Below, one piece after another: positions 1-13,700 of a stretch of DNA of 64,000 nt (positions are counted from its first letter, which is position 1; every line of letters begins with the position of its first letter). The position numbers and the translations under genes were made by a program. This DNA comes from Gammaproteobacteria bacterium. GTDB lineage: Bacteria > Pseudomonadota > Gammaproteobacteria > GCA-002705445 > GCA-002716945. The notes under the pieces were generated by a model, which had not been told where the DNA came from, made no database searches, and saw nothing but the letters and a program-made list of their open reading frames with translations. Location: positions 224,001 to 288,000 of the forward strand of contig JAYQJW010000002.1 of the NCBI GenBank assembly GCA_038142325.1. The letters run 5' to 3'.

Positions 1-1048
1 GTTTTAGAGATTCAATTATACCGTATGGAGTTAAGTCAAAAACATCATTGATAATTTTTGATAACTTTTCATCTGACACAATTCCAGTTCCAAAAGTATT
101 AACCAATGTAGAGGTAGGCTCAGCCACCCCTATTGCATACGAAAGCTGGATTTCACATTTTTCAGCAAGTTCAGCGGCTACAATATTTTTTGCAATATAT
201 CTGGCTGCATATGCAGCTGATCTATCCACTTTTGATGGATCCTTTCCTGAGAATGCACCCCCTCCATGTCTTGCCATACCGCCATAAGTATCTACAATAA
301 TTTTTCTACCAGTTAGACCTGAGTCACCCAGCGGCCCCCCTTCAACAAAGTTTCCTGTTGGGTTTATAAAAATCTTCGTTTTGCTATCAATCAGATTACT
401 TGGTATAACATTGTTAATGATCTCTTCTCTAACATACTCTCTAAGCTCACTAAGCTCAATTTGATCTGAATGTTGAGTAGATAGGACTATAGCATCAATT
501 GATGAAGGCTTATCATTTTCATATTTGAAGGTAACCTGACTTTTAGCATCAGGCCTCAGCCATTTCGTATTATTATTTCTCAATAATTCAGTTTGTCTTT
601 CAACAAGTCTATGTGAATAGTAGATTGGAGACGGCATAAGATGTCCTGTCTCATTTGTAGCGTATCCAAACATTAGACCCTGATCTCCAGCACCTTGTTT
701 TCTTTTGTCATCTTTATCAACGCCCATTTGAATGTCTGGGGACTGCTTGGTAAGAAGTTTAATGATTTCGCATTCACTGCCATTAAAACCAAGTTCATTA
801 GAGTTATAACCAATATCTAAAATTGTTTGCCTAATTAATTTATCAATGTCTAGATTAACTGATGTTGTAATTTCGCCACCGATCACTACAGTTCCTGGCC
901 TATTTGCCTGACCCTTAACAAACGCTTCACAAGCCACTCTGGAACTTTGGTCCTTAGTAAGAACATAATCTAGTACTGCATCAGATAGATGATCACATAA
1001 TTTATCTGGATGACCTGGGGATACACTCTCTGATGTGAAATAATACAT
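1..1048 (-). CDS. metK: S-adenosylmethionine synthetase (3' end runs off the window)
   Basis: Not in the ORF track. Manual translation from ATG at 1048 gives [27 protein letters not shown]; GAGDQG and [14 protein letters not shown] MetK motifs follow. Confidence 0.97.
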   Translation of the reverse strand, partial: MYYFTSESVSPGHPDKLCDHLSDAVLDYVLTKDQSSRVACEAFVKGQANRPGTVVIGGEITTSVNLDIDKLIRQTILDIGYNSNELGFNGSECEIIKLLTKQSPDIQMGVDKDDKRKQGAGDQGLMFGYATNETGHLMPSPIYYSHRLVERQTELLRNNNTKWLRPDAKSQVTFKYENDKPSSIDAIVLSTQHSDQIELSELREYVREEIINNVIPSNLIDSKTKIFINPTGNFVEGGPLGDSGLTGRKIIVDTYGGMARHGGGAFSGKDPSKVDRSAAYAARYIAKNIVAAELAEKCEIQLSYAIGVAEPTSTLVNTFGTGIVSDEKLSKIINDVFDLTPYGIIESLK

Positions 1049-1106
1049 CTGAGCAGTTTATATGACTACATAGAAGTATTAAAGTGAAAAAAGCTAGAAA
1101 TTAGAG

Positions 1107-2789
1107 CTATTTTTTGAAATTTTTTATAAAGGCTCTTTCATCATCTGATAATTTTTCTCCATCAGTATATCGATTTAGTAAATTAAAATATAATCTCTCA
1201 TCACTAGTCTTTTCAAGTTGAGAAAGTATATCTTTTGCCGTTAGAAGAGCAGATTCTTCAGAGGATTCATTTGATTTGAATGTCATTAAGTTTTGAACTC
1301 TCTTATTGTCGGGAAACATATTAATCAAACTCGCGGCTTTGAAATTTTCATTATGGCTAAATCCCTCTTTCACAGCATTATAGATTTCTATTAGTAATGG
1401 GTCAGATATAACTTTCTCAAAGTCTATACTATTAATTAGTCTTGGATACTCAATTAGGAGACTGATAAGAGTCGACTCTTTTACATCAAAAATGTCTTCA
1501 CTCATATTTTCATTTTCTACATGTTTCTTTACAGGAGCATTATCCTTGCTAAGAATTTTGTCACCAATAATAGTTTCAAATTCTTTTTTAAGAATATCTG
1601 TATACATAATGGTAGGCATTATATTGAGAATATTTTTTGCTCTATTAGCAAAAGCTGTTTTCCCTTCCACAGTATCAATTTTTATTCCAGATTTTAGATG
1701 TTCAATGATATATTCTGACAGCGGCTTCGCAGAGGATATCAAATCGATAAACTTATTTTTATCATTCTGGACAAATGAATCTGGATCAAAACCCTCTGGC
1801 AGAAATGATATAAATATTTGGGTTTCATCATCTAACTCTTCCATGCAATTATTTATCGCTTTCCATGCAGCTGATATTCCAGCACTATCGCCATCAAAAC
1901 AGAATATAATTTTATTTGTGTATTTTTTAATTTTCTTGAAGTGAAATTTTGTAAAGGCAGTGCCAAGTGTTGCAATACAATTTTTGATTCCTGCTTTATG
2001 TAGGCCTATGACATCGGTATAGCCTTCAACCACAATTACTTCCTCTTCTTTAGATATAGACTTTTTACTTTCGTAAAGGCCATATAGCTCATAGCTTTTA
2101 TGAAACAATTTAGTCTCAGGTGAATTGAGATATTTTGCACCATCTTTGGTGTTATAAATTCTGCCACCAAATCCAATAATATTACCAGCAGAGTTTTTTA
2201 TAGGGAAAATGATTCGACTTCTAAATCGGTCATAGGTTTTGTTATTTGAGCTAATAACCAAGCCAGCTTGGATTGCATTTTTAAGAATATTCTTTTCAGC
2301 AAAAAATTTTGTGATACTGTCCCAGCTGTCATCAGCTAAACCTAATTGAAAATTTTCTATCATTTCTTGATCTATATTACGTTCTGATAGATATGATAGT
2401 GCAGTCGAGTTATTCAATAGATTCTTATTATATATCTCAGCTGCTAACTTATTTGAAATGAAAAGATTATAAGAGCCATCATTTTTTTTTGTTTTGTCTG
2501 GTAGTTGGAGATTTGCTGATTGAGCTAATTTGCTCAATGCTTCAATAAACGTTAAATGTTCATATTCTTGAAGAAACTTTATTGCATCTCCTGATGCACC
2601 ACAACCAAAACAGTGGTAGAACTGTTTTGTTGACGAAACATTAAATGAAGGTGTTTTTTCGTTGTGGAATGGACACAGGCCTTTATAGTTGTTGCCGTTT
2701 TTAGTAAGGTTAACTCTTTCTTTTATTAATTCAACTATGTCTGTAGAGGACAGAACTTGATCAATAAATGCTCTGTCTATATTTGCCAT
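1107..2789 (-). CDS. dnaG: DNA primase
   Basis: CPFHNEKTPSF...CFGC zinc finger, KYLNSPET, TOPRIM motifs VVEGYTD and FDGDSAG. Confidence 0.98.
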   Translation of the reverse strand: MANIDRAFIDQVLSSTDIVELIKERVNLTKNGNNYKGLCPFHNEKTPSFNVSSTKQFYHCFGCGASGDAIKFLQEYEHLTFIEALSKLAQSANLQLPDKTKKNDGSYNLFISNKLAAEIYNKNLLNNSTALSYLSERNIDQEMIENFQLGLADDSWDSITKFFAEKNILKNAIQAGLVISSNNKTYDRFRSRIIFPIKNSAGNIIGFGGRIYNTKDGAKYLNSPETKLFHKSYELYGLYESKKSISKEEEVIVVEGYTDVIGLHKAGIKNCIATLGTAFTKFHFKKIKKYTNKIIFCFDGDSAGISAAWKAINNCMEELDDETQIFISFLPEGFDPDSFVQNDKNKFIDLISSAKPLSEYIIEHLKSGIKIDTVEGKTAFANRAKNILNIMPTIMYTDILKKEFETIIGDKILSKDNAPVKKHVENENMSEDIFDVKESTLISLLIEYPRLINSIDFEKVISDPLLIEIYNAVKEGFSHNENFKAASLINMFPDNKRVQNLMTFKSNESSEESALLTAKDILSQLEKTSDERLYFNLLNRYTDGEKLSDDERAFIKNFKK

Positions 2790-2791
2790 TA

Positions 2792-5700
2792 TTATGCAAC
2801 TTTATTTATGCTATTTTTCTTAATATCTTCCATTGATGAATTAATAGGTTTTACTAATTTAATATATTTAAATTCTTCAGAAATATTTTTCATAATATAT
2901 TTCGCATTAATACTTTTAGTTTCGTTTATATAATCTCTCATTATTTTTTTGAAATAATTAACAATAGTCTTATCCGTATCTTGAATTTTCATTAATTCTA
3001 CTGAGCTTTGATTAATACTTTCGTTAAGCTTATTGTCTCTATCATAGACAAAGGCAATGCCGCCTGTCATTCCAGCACCAAAATTAGTGCCAACACTTCC
3101 TAGTACAATGGTGCAACCACCTGTCATGTATTCACAGCAATGATCTCCAGCTCCCTCTATTACTGAAATAGCTCCGGAATTTCTAACAGCAAATCTTTCT
3201 CCAGCTTTTCCTTCAGCATATAATCTACCGCCTGTAGCTCCATATAAACATGTATTACCAATAATACTGTTTTGTGAGGCAGCATCTTTGAAGTCAACTG
3301 TTGCTTTGATAATTATTTTTCCGCCAGCCATTCCTTTTCCGACATAATCATTTGCATCTCCTGTTAGATACAATTCAACGCCACCTGCATTCCAAACCCC
3401 AAGGCTTTGACCTGCAGTTCCATTCAATATAATTTTGATAGGATTGTCTGACATTCCATAATTACCGTAACTCTTGGCTATCTCACCAGACAAACTTGCA
3501 CCTATTGATCTATCAAGATTTTTAATATTATATTTTAGACATATACTCTCTTTCTTCTCGACAGCTTTTTTAGAATCTTTAAGAATTCTTCTAGCAAGGA
3601 TGCCCTTATCATAAGGAGCATTGGTTTTTGTAGTACAATGTTTTTGAGATTTTTTATTTGTAATGGTTAACATTTTTTTCAAACTGAGCGCCTTATGTTT
3701 TTGTGTGACACCTTTGTTGATAGTTAGTAAGTGAGTTTGTCCAATAAGTTCATCAATTGTTTTAATACCAAGTTCAGCCATTATTTCTCTTGTCTCTTGT
3801 GCAACAAATTTGAAATAGTTTACAACTCTCTCAGGACTTCCAGAAAAATGTTTCATCCTAAGGATTTTATTTTGAGTGGCAACACCGGTAGCACAATTAT
3901 TCAGATGACAAATACGTAAGTATTTACATCCCAGTGCAACCATAACGGATGTTCCAAATCCAAAGCTCTCTGCTCCTAATAGTGCGGCTTTGATAACATC
4001 AAGACCTGTTTTAAGCCCTCCATCTGTTTGAATTCTTACTTTGTGCCTCAAATTATTTAGCATTAATGTTTGTTGTGTTTCAGCGATACCCATTTCCCAT
4101 GGAGAACCAGCATATTTAACAGATGTTAAAGGGCTTGCTCCGGTACCACCATCATATCCAGAAATAGTAATAAGATCGGCATAAGCTTTTGTAACACCAG
4201 CTGCAATGGTACCAACACCTTTTTGAGAGACTAACTTAACCGAAACCAAAGCTTTTTTATTAACTTGTTTTAAGTCATAGATTAGTTGTGCTAAGTCCTC
4301 AATACTGTATATGTCGTGATGTGGAGGAGGGGATATTAGGGTTACTCCCGGAACAGAATACCTCAGCTTAGCAATATATTGATCTACTTTATCACCAGGC
4401 AGCTGCCCGCCTTCGCCAGGTTTAGCACCTTGTGCAATTTTAATTTGTATTACATCAGCATTAACCAAATAATGTGGTGTAACACCAAATCTTCCAGATG
4501 CTACTTGTTTAATTTTTGATGTTTTATTTGAATTATATCTTTTTATATCCTCGCCACCTTCGCCTGAATTTGATCTGCCTCCAATAGTATTCATCGCAAT
4601 AGCTAGAGCTTCATGCGCTTCTGGTGATAACGCTCCAAGCGACATACCTGCTGTATCAAATCTTTTGAGAATGCTTTTAGCTGATTCAACCTGACTCAGA
4701 GGTATAGCTTTTTTAGATTTCAGATTAAACAAATCCCTTAGAAAACTAGGATCTCTTGAATGAACTAGGTTAGAAAATTTTTGATAATCAGCATAATCTC
4801 CTGTGGTTACACATTCTTGAAGGGCTTTGACAACATCAGGATTATAGTCATGATATTCACCACCAGCTGTAAATTTAAGAAGACCACCTTTACCTATACC
4901 ATCAGATTTTTTAAGAGAATATTTTTTATTATTTTTTAGATCATCTTCAATATCATCGAAACTTGCACCCTCTATTCTTGATACATTATTTTTAAAACAT
5001 AGATTAATGACATTTGTATTTATGCCAATAATTTCAAAAAGCTGCGCACCTCTGTAGCTAGAAACACAAGATATGCCCATTTTAGACATTATTTTCAGTA
5101 AACCTTTATTGATACCTTTTATGTAATTGTTGACATGACTTGGATATATTTTTTTATCAAAACTATTTCTTAAGATCATATCGTGAATAACTCCATAAGC
5201 TAGGTAAGGGTATATAGCAGAAGCGCCATAGCCTAAGAGAACTGCAAAATGATGAGAATTCCATGCTGAAGCTGTCTCAACTATTATGTTGCAATCACAT
5301 CTGAGTCCTTGATCTATAAGTTTATGATGAACTGCTCCTACTGCCATGATTGCTGGAATTGTCATCTGTTTATCATTCATATCTGAGTCAGATAAAACGA
5401 TTAATACTGTTCCTTTTTTAACACTTCTAACTGCACGATCACAAATAGTATTAATAGCCTCTTCTAAATCAATATTTGAGTCATAATGAAGGCTTAAACA
5501 ATCTTTATTGAAATCTTTTTGGTGTAAGGATGTGATTTTTTCAAATACCTGTTTTGACAGAACTGGAGAGTTTAATACCAATCTACCTGCATGCAAAGAA
5601 GACTCTTCAAACAGATTTCTTTCAACTCCAAGACACGTCTCAAGTGACATCACGCTCGTTTCTCTAAGTGAATCAATAGGTGGATTAGTAACCTGAGCAA

Positions 5701-7243
5701 ATTGTTGTCTAAAATAATCAAAAATTGATCTTGATTGTTTTGATAGTACTGGCATTGGAGTATCGTCGCCCATTGAGCCTGTAGCTTCTAAACCAAGATT
5801 TGCCAAAGGTAAAATCACATCTTTTTCTTCTTCAATCGTTACCCCATAAAATTTTTTATAGCCCAATAAGTCATTGTGGCTCAGCGCTATAGGTTTCTCA
5901 TTCTCTGTATTAAATGATTCTAGATTGATTGAATTTTTATTTAGCCATTCATCATAAGGGTGTCTATCTTTTAAAATTTTATTTATATCATCTGATAAAA
6001 GAATTTCACCATTTAGAGTATCAACTGCAAGCATATCACCTGGAGCCAATCTTCCTTTTTTTAAAATCTCGGAATCATCATAATCATAAACTCCTACTTC
6101 TGAGGCTAATGTGATGTGACGGTCTTTAGATATGACATACCTAGCAGGCCTTAATCCATTTCTATCAAGAACACATGCGGCATATCTCCCGTCAGTTAGT
6201 ACTATTCCTGCAGGTCCGTCCCAAGGCTCCATATGCATTGAGTGATACTCAAAGCATGCTTTTAGTTTTTTATCTATTTGGTTGTTATTTTGCCATGCTG
6301 GAGGCATTAGAGTTCTCATGGCTCTAAAGACACCCATATCACCAGCCAGCAAATATTCAAGCATATTATCCAATGAGTATGAATCTGAGTCATGCATTGA
6401 TACTACTGGATGTAATGTATCTAATTCTGGCAAGTCAGAAATGTTTAGTTTATTTCTTCTTGCCATGTACCAATGTCTGTTACCTTGAATTGTATTAATT
6501 TCTCCATTATGCGCTAAATGTCTAAATGGCTGGGCTAACTTCCATTGAGGAAGTGTATTTGTTGAAAATCTTTGATGGAAAACACATAGTGATGTTTTCA
6601 TATCTTTATGTGTTAGATCTGGATAAAATTTTTGTATGTTTTCCGATACTATTAATCCTTTATATGAGATTACTTTTGAGGATAAGCTACAAATGTACAA
6701 TTCAGGATCATTAAGTATCTTTTCAACCTGTAGGCTTGCAATATTCAATTTCTTTTGATTTTCGTTTTCATGAAGACTGTCATTACCAGAAACAATGATT
6801 TGCTGTATATCTGGAGCTGATGCCAAAGCATCTTTACCACAAACTTTTTTATCAACAGGGACATTTCTCCAACCAAGTACGTCTAGACCTAGTTTTCTAA
6901 TTTGGAAATAGAACGTTTCTTTTATTTTTTTATGTTTAGATTTATTTTTTGGAAGAAACACTGTACCGAATGCATAATTGGAACCTAAATCTATTTTTAG
7001 TTGATCAGCACAATAATGAAAAAATTGATCAGGCTTCTTAATAAGAAGACCACATCCATCACTAGATTTACCATCATCAGATACTGCACCTCTGTGTTTT
7101 AGCCTATTAAGTGCTTCGATGCTCGTATCAATAACCCAACTAGATGGCTTATCATCCATGTTAGCAATTAATCCAAATCCGCAATTATCCCTTTCAAAAG
7201 TAGGAGAATACAGCGAATTCTTTGTCTTATGTCCCGATGTCAT
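2792..7243 (-). CDS. gltB: Glutamate synthase large subunit
   Basis: 1483 aa; ERDNCGFG N-terminal Cys, HQRFSTNT, IKIAQGAKPGEGGQLPG, CHLNNCATGVATQ. Confidence 0.98.
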   Translation of the reverse strand: MTSGHKTKNSLYSPTFERDNCGFGLIANMDDKPSSWVIDTSIEALNRLKHRGAVSDDGKSSDGCGLLIKKPDQFFHYCADQLKIDLGSNYAFGTVFLPKNKSKHKKIKETFYFQIRKLGLDVLGWRNVPVDKKVCGKDALASAPDIQQIIVSGNDSLHENENQKKLNIASLQVEKILNDPELYICSLSSKVISYKGLIVSENIQKFYPDLTHKDMKTSLCVFHQRFSTNTLPQWKLAQPFRHLAHNGEINTIQGNRHWYMARRNKLNISDLPELDTLHPVVSMHDSDSYSLDNMLEYLLAGDMGVFRAMRTLMPPAWQNNNQIDKKLKACFEYHSMHMEPWDGPAGIVLTDGRYAACVLDRNGLRPARYVISKDRHITLASEVGVYDYDDSEILKKGRLAPGDMLAVDTLNGEILLSDDINKILKDRHPYDEWLNKNSINLESFNTENEKPIALSHNDLLGYKKFYGVTIEEEKDVILPLANLGLEATGSMGDDTPMPVLSKQSRSIFDYFRQQFAQVTNPPIDSLRETSVMSLETCLGVERNLFEESSLHAGRLVLNSPVLSKQVFEKITSLHQKDFNKDCLSLHYDSNIDLEEAINTICDRAVRSVKKGTVLIVLSDSDMNDKQMTIPAIMAVGAVHHKLIDQGLRCDCNIIVETASAWNSHHFAVLLGYGASAIYPYLAYGVIHDMILRNSFDKKIYPSHVNNYIKGINKGLLKIMSKMGISCVSSYRGAQLFEIIGINTNVINLCFKNNVSRIEGASFDDIEDDLKNNKKYSLKKSDGIGKGGLLKFTAGGEYHDYNPDVVKALQECVTTGDYADYQKFSNLVHSRDPSFLRDLFNLKSKKAIPLSQVESAKSILKRFDTAGMSLGALSPEAHEALAIAMNTIGGRSNSGEGGEDIKRYNSNKTSKIKQVASGRFGVTPHYLVNADVIQIKIAQGAKPGEGGQLPGDKVDQYIAKLRYSVPGVTLISPPPHHDIYSIEDLAQLIYDLKQVNKKALVSVKLVSQKGVGTIAAGVTKAYADLITISGYDGGTGASPLTSVKYAGSPWEMGIAETQQTLMLNNLRHKVRIQTDGGLKTGLDVIKAALLGAESFGFGTSVMVALGCKYLRICHLNNCATGVATQNKILRMKHFSGSPERVVNYFKFVAQETREIMAELGIKTIDELIGQTHLLTINKGVTQKHKALSLKKMLTITNKKSQKHCTTKTNAPYDKGILARRILKDSKKAVEKKESICLKYNIKNLDRSIGASLSGEIAKSYGNYGMSDNPIKIILNGTAGQSLGVWNAGGVELYLTGDANDYVGKGMAGGKIIIKATVDFKDAASQNSIIGNTCLYGATGGRLYAEGKAGERFAVRNSGAISVIEGAGDHCCEYMTGGCTIVLGSVGTNFGAGMTGGIAFVYDRDNKLNESINQSSVELMKIQDTDKTIVNYFKKIMRDYINETKSINAKYIMKNISEEFKYIKLVKPINSSMEDIKKNSINKVA

Positions 7244-7252
7244 AGTAGGAAC

Positions 7253-7261
7253 ATTTTACCA
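7253..7261 (-). promoter_or_regulatory. Extended -10 promoter candidate for gltB-dnaG
   Basis: Minus strand TGG-TAAAAT, 9 nt upstream of the gltB ATG; no Shine-Dalgarno. Confidence 0.45.
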
Positions 7262-7278
7262 TAAATATTAATTTAAAA

Positions 7279-8355
7279 TTAACTGATGAAGTTTTTAGAT
7301 AAGTCTAATAGATATTTATCATTTATTTTGTCATCTATAAATGCGCTACCAATTTCATTCAGAAGAATAAACCTATTCTTTCCAGAAATTTTTTTCTTGT
7401 CATGATTTAGGTGCTTCATGAGTGATAACACATTTACACCCTTGGGTATCATGGTAGGCATATTCATAGTATTTAGCATGTCCTCGATTTCACAGTATTC
7501 TTCATGATTTAAGTAACCTCGATCCGCAGAGATTGCAGAGGCAATATTCATCCCAATACTAACTGCCTCTCCATGCAAGATTCCTTTATAGTTTTTAGAA
7601 GCTTCAATTGCATGCCCAAAAGTATGACCGAAATTGAGCAATGCTCTAATTCCATTTTCTAATTCATCTTCAGTCACAACTTGTGCTTTGATAGTCGCAC
7701 AAGTATGCACTATCTTGATAATGTCTTCATCATTCAAACTAAGAATTTTTTCGGAGTTTTTATTAATATAATTAAAAAATTTTTTATTTTTTATTAACGC
7801 ATATTTTATAACTTCAGCCATCCCAGCCATGAATTCTTTTCTGGGTAATGTTTTGAGGGTATTGGTATCAATTAACACTAACTTTGGATGCTTGAAAGAA
7901 CCGATAAGATTTTTTCCTAGAGGATGATTTACTCCACATTTACCGCCAATCGATGAATCAACTTGTGCAAGGAGTGTTGTTGGAATATGAATTAGGGATA
8001 CTCCCCGCATAAATGTGTCTGCAGCAAATGCAACAAGATCACCTATTACGCCACCACCAAGTGCAACTAATGTCACTGACCGGTCATATCTGTTTTTAAG
8101 AAGGAAGTTATATACTTTTTCTAGAGTTTGAGTAGTTTTATATCTTTCTCCATCAGGCAATATTAATGAATTAACATTGAAGTCTTTGAATAGTCGGTTA
8201 ACTTGTTTTAAGTACAATCTCCCAACTGTAGTGTTTGTGATAATAACAACATCCTTATTTTTGATATACTTTGATACATCAAATTTTTTTATAGCATTGT
8301 TATCAATTATTATAGGTATACTGTTTGACGAAGTTTTGAGATTAACTTTTTTCAC
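7279..8355 (-). CDS. aroB: 3-dehydroquinate synthase
   Basis: ALGGGVIGDL, PTTLLAQVDSSIGGK, LNFGHTFGHAIE, HGEAV motifs. Confidence 0.97.
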   Translation of the reverse strand: MKKVNLKTSSNSIPIIIDNNAIKKFDVSKYIKNKDVVIITNTTVGRLYLKQVNRLFKDFNVNSLILPDGERYKTTQTLEKVYNFLLKNRYDRSVTLVALGGGVIGDLVAFAADTFMRGVSLIHIPTTLLAQVDSSIGGKCGVNHPLGKNLIGSFKHPKLVLIDTNTLKTLPRKEFMAGMAEVIKYALIKNKKFFNYINKNSEKILSLNDEDIIKIVHTCATIKAQVVTEDELENGIRALLNFGHTFGHAIEASKNYKGILHGEAVSIGMNIASAISADRGYLNHEEYCEIEDMLNTMNMPTMIPKGVNVLSLMKHLNHDKKKISGKNRFILLNEIGSAFIDDKINDKYLLDLSKNFIS

Positions 8356-8357
8356 AT

Positions 8358-8861
8358 TTAATTTTCAATTTGATTCATTATTGATGATAATACATCTTCT
8401 TTATCTAAATATGAAACATCTACTACTAAATCTGCTAGATCAGAATATATAACACCTCTTACTTCATCGAGATCTTTAAGTATAGTTTTCAAATCACCCT
8501 CAATTAATAAAGGTCTATGCTTTCTGTGTTTAACTCGATTATATTGAACATCGATAGATATCTTTAGATATATCTTATAACCATTATTTAAAATTTTTTT
8601 ATTATCTTGACTAAGTACTGCGCCACCACCAGTTGAAATAACAAATTCATTTAAAGCAGAATATTTTTTTAAAATATCTGATTCTATTTTTCTAAAATAA
8701 TTTTCACCATTTTCTTTGAATATGTCTGAGATAACCATTTTTTTCCTTTTGTTCTATTTTTTTATCAATATCAATAAAAGGAAGATGTAGTTTGCTTGCC
8801 AACATTTTACCAATGGTAGTTTTCCCTGATCCCATGGATCCTATCAAATAAATTTTATTTC

Positions 8862-8865
<4 letters not shown>
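8358..8865 (-). CDS. aroK: Shikimate kinase (one extra base in a T7 run at 8738-8744, probably a sequencing error)
   Basis: ATG at 8865 gives [23 protein letters not shown] (Walker A), which shifts into the ORF-track frame containing [19 protein letters not shown] and RPLL. Confidence 0.93.
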
Positions 8866-11314
<2,449 letters not shown>

Positions 11315-11353
11315 TTATACTAGAGTTAGAGATAGATAGCGATATCGAGCTAA

Positions 11354-11806
11354 TTAGCTTAAGTGTTTTTTAATCAATTGACTCACGAGAGACAAATCAA
11401 TATTATCGCCATGGTTTTTTTTGATTTCACCCATCGCTTTGCCCATCTCTTTAATTGAACTAATGCTCATTTCATTCAGGGTTTTTTTAACCATTTGCTC
11501 TGTATCATCTTCATTCATAACTTCAGGCAAATATTTTTCTAATAGCTCCATCTCTTTTTTTTCTTTTTCAGCAAGTTCAACTCTATTGGCAGCTGTAAAT
11601 TGATCAAACGAATCTTTATTTCTTTTTATGAGAGATTTTAAAACTTTGATAACGTCAGAGTCACTTAAATCTGATTTTTTTTCTTTTTCTTCTTTGTTGA
11701 TAAAGGATAAAGCAAATCTTAGAATAGAAGAATTATCTTTATTACCTTCTTTTAAAAAACTTATTTGATCTTTTTGGATACTATCTTTGATAGCTGATTT
11801 AGACAT
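11354..11806 (-). CDS. GatB/YqeY domain protein
   Basis: DSFDQF..ANR.ELAEKE..E..LLEKYLP and KEMGKAMG patterns; usual position downstream of rpsU. Confidence 0.9.
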   Translation of the reverse strand: MSKSAIKDSIQKDQISFLKEGNKDNSSILRFALSFINKEEKEKKSDLSDSDVIKVLKSLIKRNKDSFDQFTAANRVELAEKEKKEMELLEKYLPEVMNEDDTEQMVKKTLNEMSISSIKEMGKAMGEIKKNHGDNIDLSLVSQLIKKHLS

Positions 11807-11812
11807 AAAAAA

Positions 11813-12037
11813 TTAGAATTTCTTATACGGTGGTTTTTTTCTGAGAGTGTCCATGCTGACTTTTCTTTTACATCTCTTGGTAGCAGCAGCAATTTTTCTT
11901 TTTCTCATTGCTGTAGGCTTCTCATAAAATTCTCTTCTGCGTGTTTCAGTTAAGATACCGGCTTTCTCGCAGCCTCTCTTGAATCGTCTAAGCGCGATTT
12001 CAAAAGGTTCGTTTTCTCTTACTTGTACACTAGGCAT
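11813..12037 (-). CDS. rpsU: 30S ribosomal protein S21
   Basis: [27 protein letters not shown]...[10 protein letters not shown]. Start moved to ATG 12037, which has an AGGA SD upstream. Confidence 0.96.
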   Translation of the reverse strand: MPSVQVRENEPFEIALRRFKRGCEKAGILTETRRREFYEKPTAMRKRKIAAATKRCKRKVSMDTLRKKPPYKKF

Positions 12038-12115
12038 AATTGTCCTAAATAATTTAATATTGCGTAATATTACTGAATATTGTTCATAAAGCAAGTTTTT
12101 ACTTATAATAGTTAG

Positions 12116-13105
12116 GTGTATATTTTAGGTATAGAATCATCTTGCGACGATACTGGTCTTGCAATAGTAAGCTCCAAAGACGGAGTCATCTCACACCTTA
12201 CAAGTTCACAACACGAAATACATGCGAAATATGGTGGAATTGTTCCAGAGCTTGCATCACGAGATCATGTAAAAAAGTTTATTCCTCTTTTAGATTTGTT
12301 GTTAAGTAAATCTAATCTAAACTTGCAAGACATCTCCATGATCGCATTTACAAATGGCCCAGGCCTGCTTGGACCACTTCTAGCAGGCGCATCGCTTGCT
12401 AAATCTTTAGGATGGGTTAACAAAATACCTACTGTAGAGATAAATCATCTTGAGGCTCATATATACTCACCGATGATAACTGAGAAGAATCTTAAACCTC
12501 CTTTTATTTCACTGCTTGTCTCTGGAGGCCACACAATTTTATCAAGAGTTGATAAAGATTTTAAGATTACCACACTTGGAACAACGCTCGATGATTCTGC
12601 TGGAGAATGTTTTGATAAAATAGCGCGAAAGCTAGGACTCGATTATCCAGGGGGGCCTGCAATTGCAAATAGATCGGAGCTTTCAAAAAACAGTGCCTTC
12701 AAATTTCCAAGACCCATGATTAATAGTGAAAACTATAATTTTAGTTTCAGTGGACTAAAAACACATGTAATAAACTTGATACAAAAATTAGATTTAAATG
12801 AGGAAAATATTAATAATATTTCTTATGAACTGCAAAATTCTATTGTTGAAACTTTAATAAACAAAGCTACAAAGGCGTCTAAAAATTTTAATATAGAAAA
12901 CATCGTAGTTACTGGGGGCGTTAGTGCTAATAGAAAATTACGAGAAGATTTTGATAAGATTGACGGTTACAATATTTATTTCCCTGATGTAAAGTTTTCT
13001 ACTGATAATGGAGCTATGATTGCATATTCAGGTTATCTGAAATCTCAAACACCAGATTGTTATTCAAGCTTAAAAGTTAAACCGAACCCGTCTCTAACTA
13101 TCTAG
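12116..13105 (+). CDS. tsaD: tRNA N6-adenosine threonylcarbamoyltransferase
   Basis: [53 protein letters not shown]. Confidence 0.97.
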   Translation: MYILGIESSCDDTGLAIVSSKDGVISHLTSSQHEIHAKYGGIVPELASRDHVKKFIPLLDLLLSKSNLNLQDISMIAFTNGPGLLGPLLAGASLAKSLGWVNKIPTVEINHLEAHIYSPMITEKNLKPPFISLLVSGGHTILSRVDKDFKITTLGTTLDDSAGECFDKIARKLGLDYPGGPAIANRSELSKNSAFKFPRPMINSENYNFSFSGLKTHVINLIQKLDLNEENINNISYELQNSIVETLINKATKASKNFNIENIVVTGGVSANRKLREDFDKIDGYNIYFPDVKFSTDNGAMIAYSGYLKSQTPDCYSSLKVKPNPSLTI

Positions 13106-13663
13106 TAAATCTATTATATTCTTCTTATGATTTGTCAGGATGACTATCGAATGAAGAGTGGTAATTAGTATTATCCAATAATCGCTACTAAAGAAATAAG
13201 CTATCAAGGGTAAACTTAAAAAACTTATTATCGCTGATAATCCTGATATTTTTTTTAAAAGAAAAATAATTATCCACACTAATATTATTGTGAACCCTAT
13301 TTGATAATCTATGGCTAAAAGAAATCCAAAAGAAGTCGCCACTCCCTTTCCACCTTTAAAGTTGTTGAAAACAGAAAACATATGTCCTAATAAAATAACT
13401 AATGAATAAAGATAAGCATTTAAAGGTTCGTTAAAGGTTAATAAGTAAATTGGCAGGAAACCTTTCAAGAAGTCACCCAAAAATGTCAAAAAACCTGCAA
13501 TTGGGCCAGCTACTCTATACATGTTGGTTGCACCTGGATTATTGGAACCAGATGTTCTTGGATCATCTGTGGAGAGTAATCTATGAACAATTAGTGCAAA
13601 AGGTAGTGAACCAATGATGTAAAAGCTGACAAGAACAATTATATTAAAAGAATCAAGGTTCAT
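13094..13663 (-). CDS. plsY: Glycerol-3-phosphate acyltransferase
   Basis: GSLPF, DPRTSGSNNPGATN, DFLKG, GHMFS...FKGGKGVAT. Confidence 0.96.
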   Translation of the reverse strand: MNLDSFNIIVLVSFYIIGSLPFALIVHRLLSTDDPRTSGSNNPGATNMYRVAGPIAGFLTFLGDFLKGFLPIYLLTFNEPLNAYLYSLVILLGHMFSVFNNFKGGKGVATSFGFLLAIDYQIGFTIILVWIIIFLLKKISGLSAIISFLSLPLIAYFFSSDYWIILITTLHSIVILTNHKKNIIDLLDS

Positions 13664-13700
13664 TTATAAAAGAATACACTAGTGATTTGTATTATTCTAA

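Noticed and set aside
48-287. 79-aa plus-strand ORF
   Set aside because: Antisense shadow of metK.
1492-6714. Several short plus-strand ORFs inside dnaG and gltB
   Set aside because: Antisense to well-conserved genes, with no motifs. The same applies to the other short ORFs nested in cox, rho, accC, purH/D, fbpA and similar genes.
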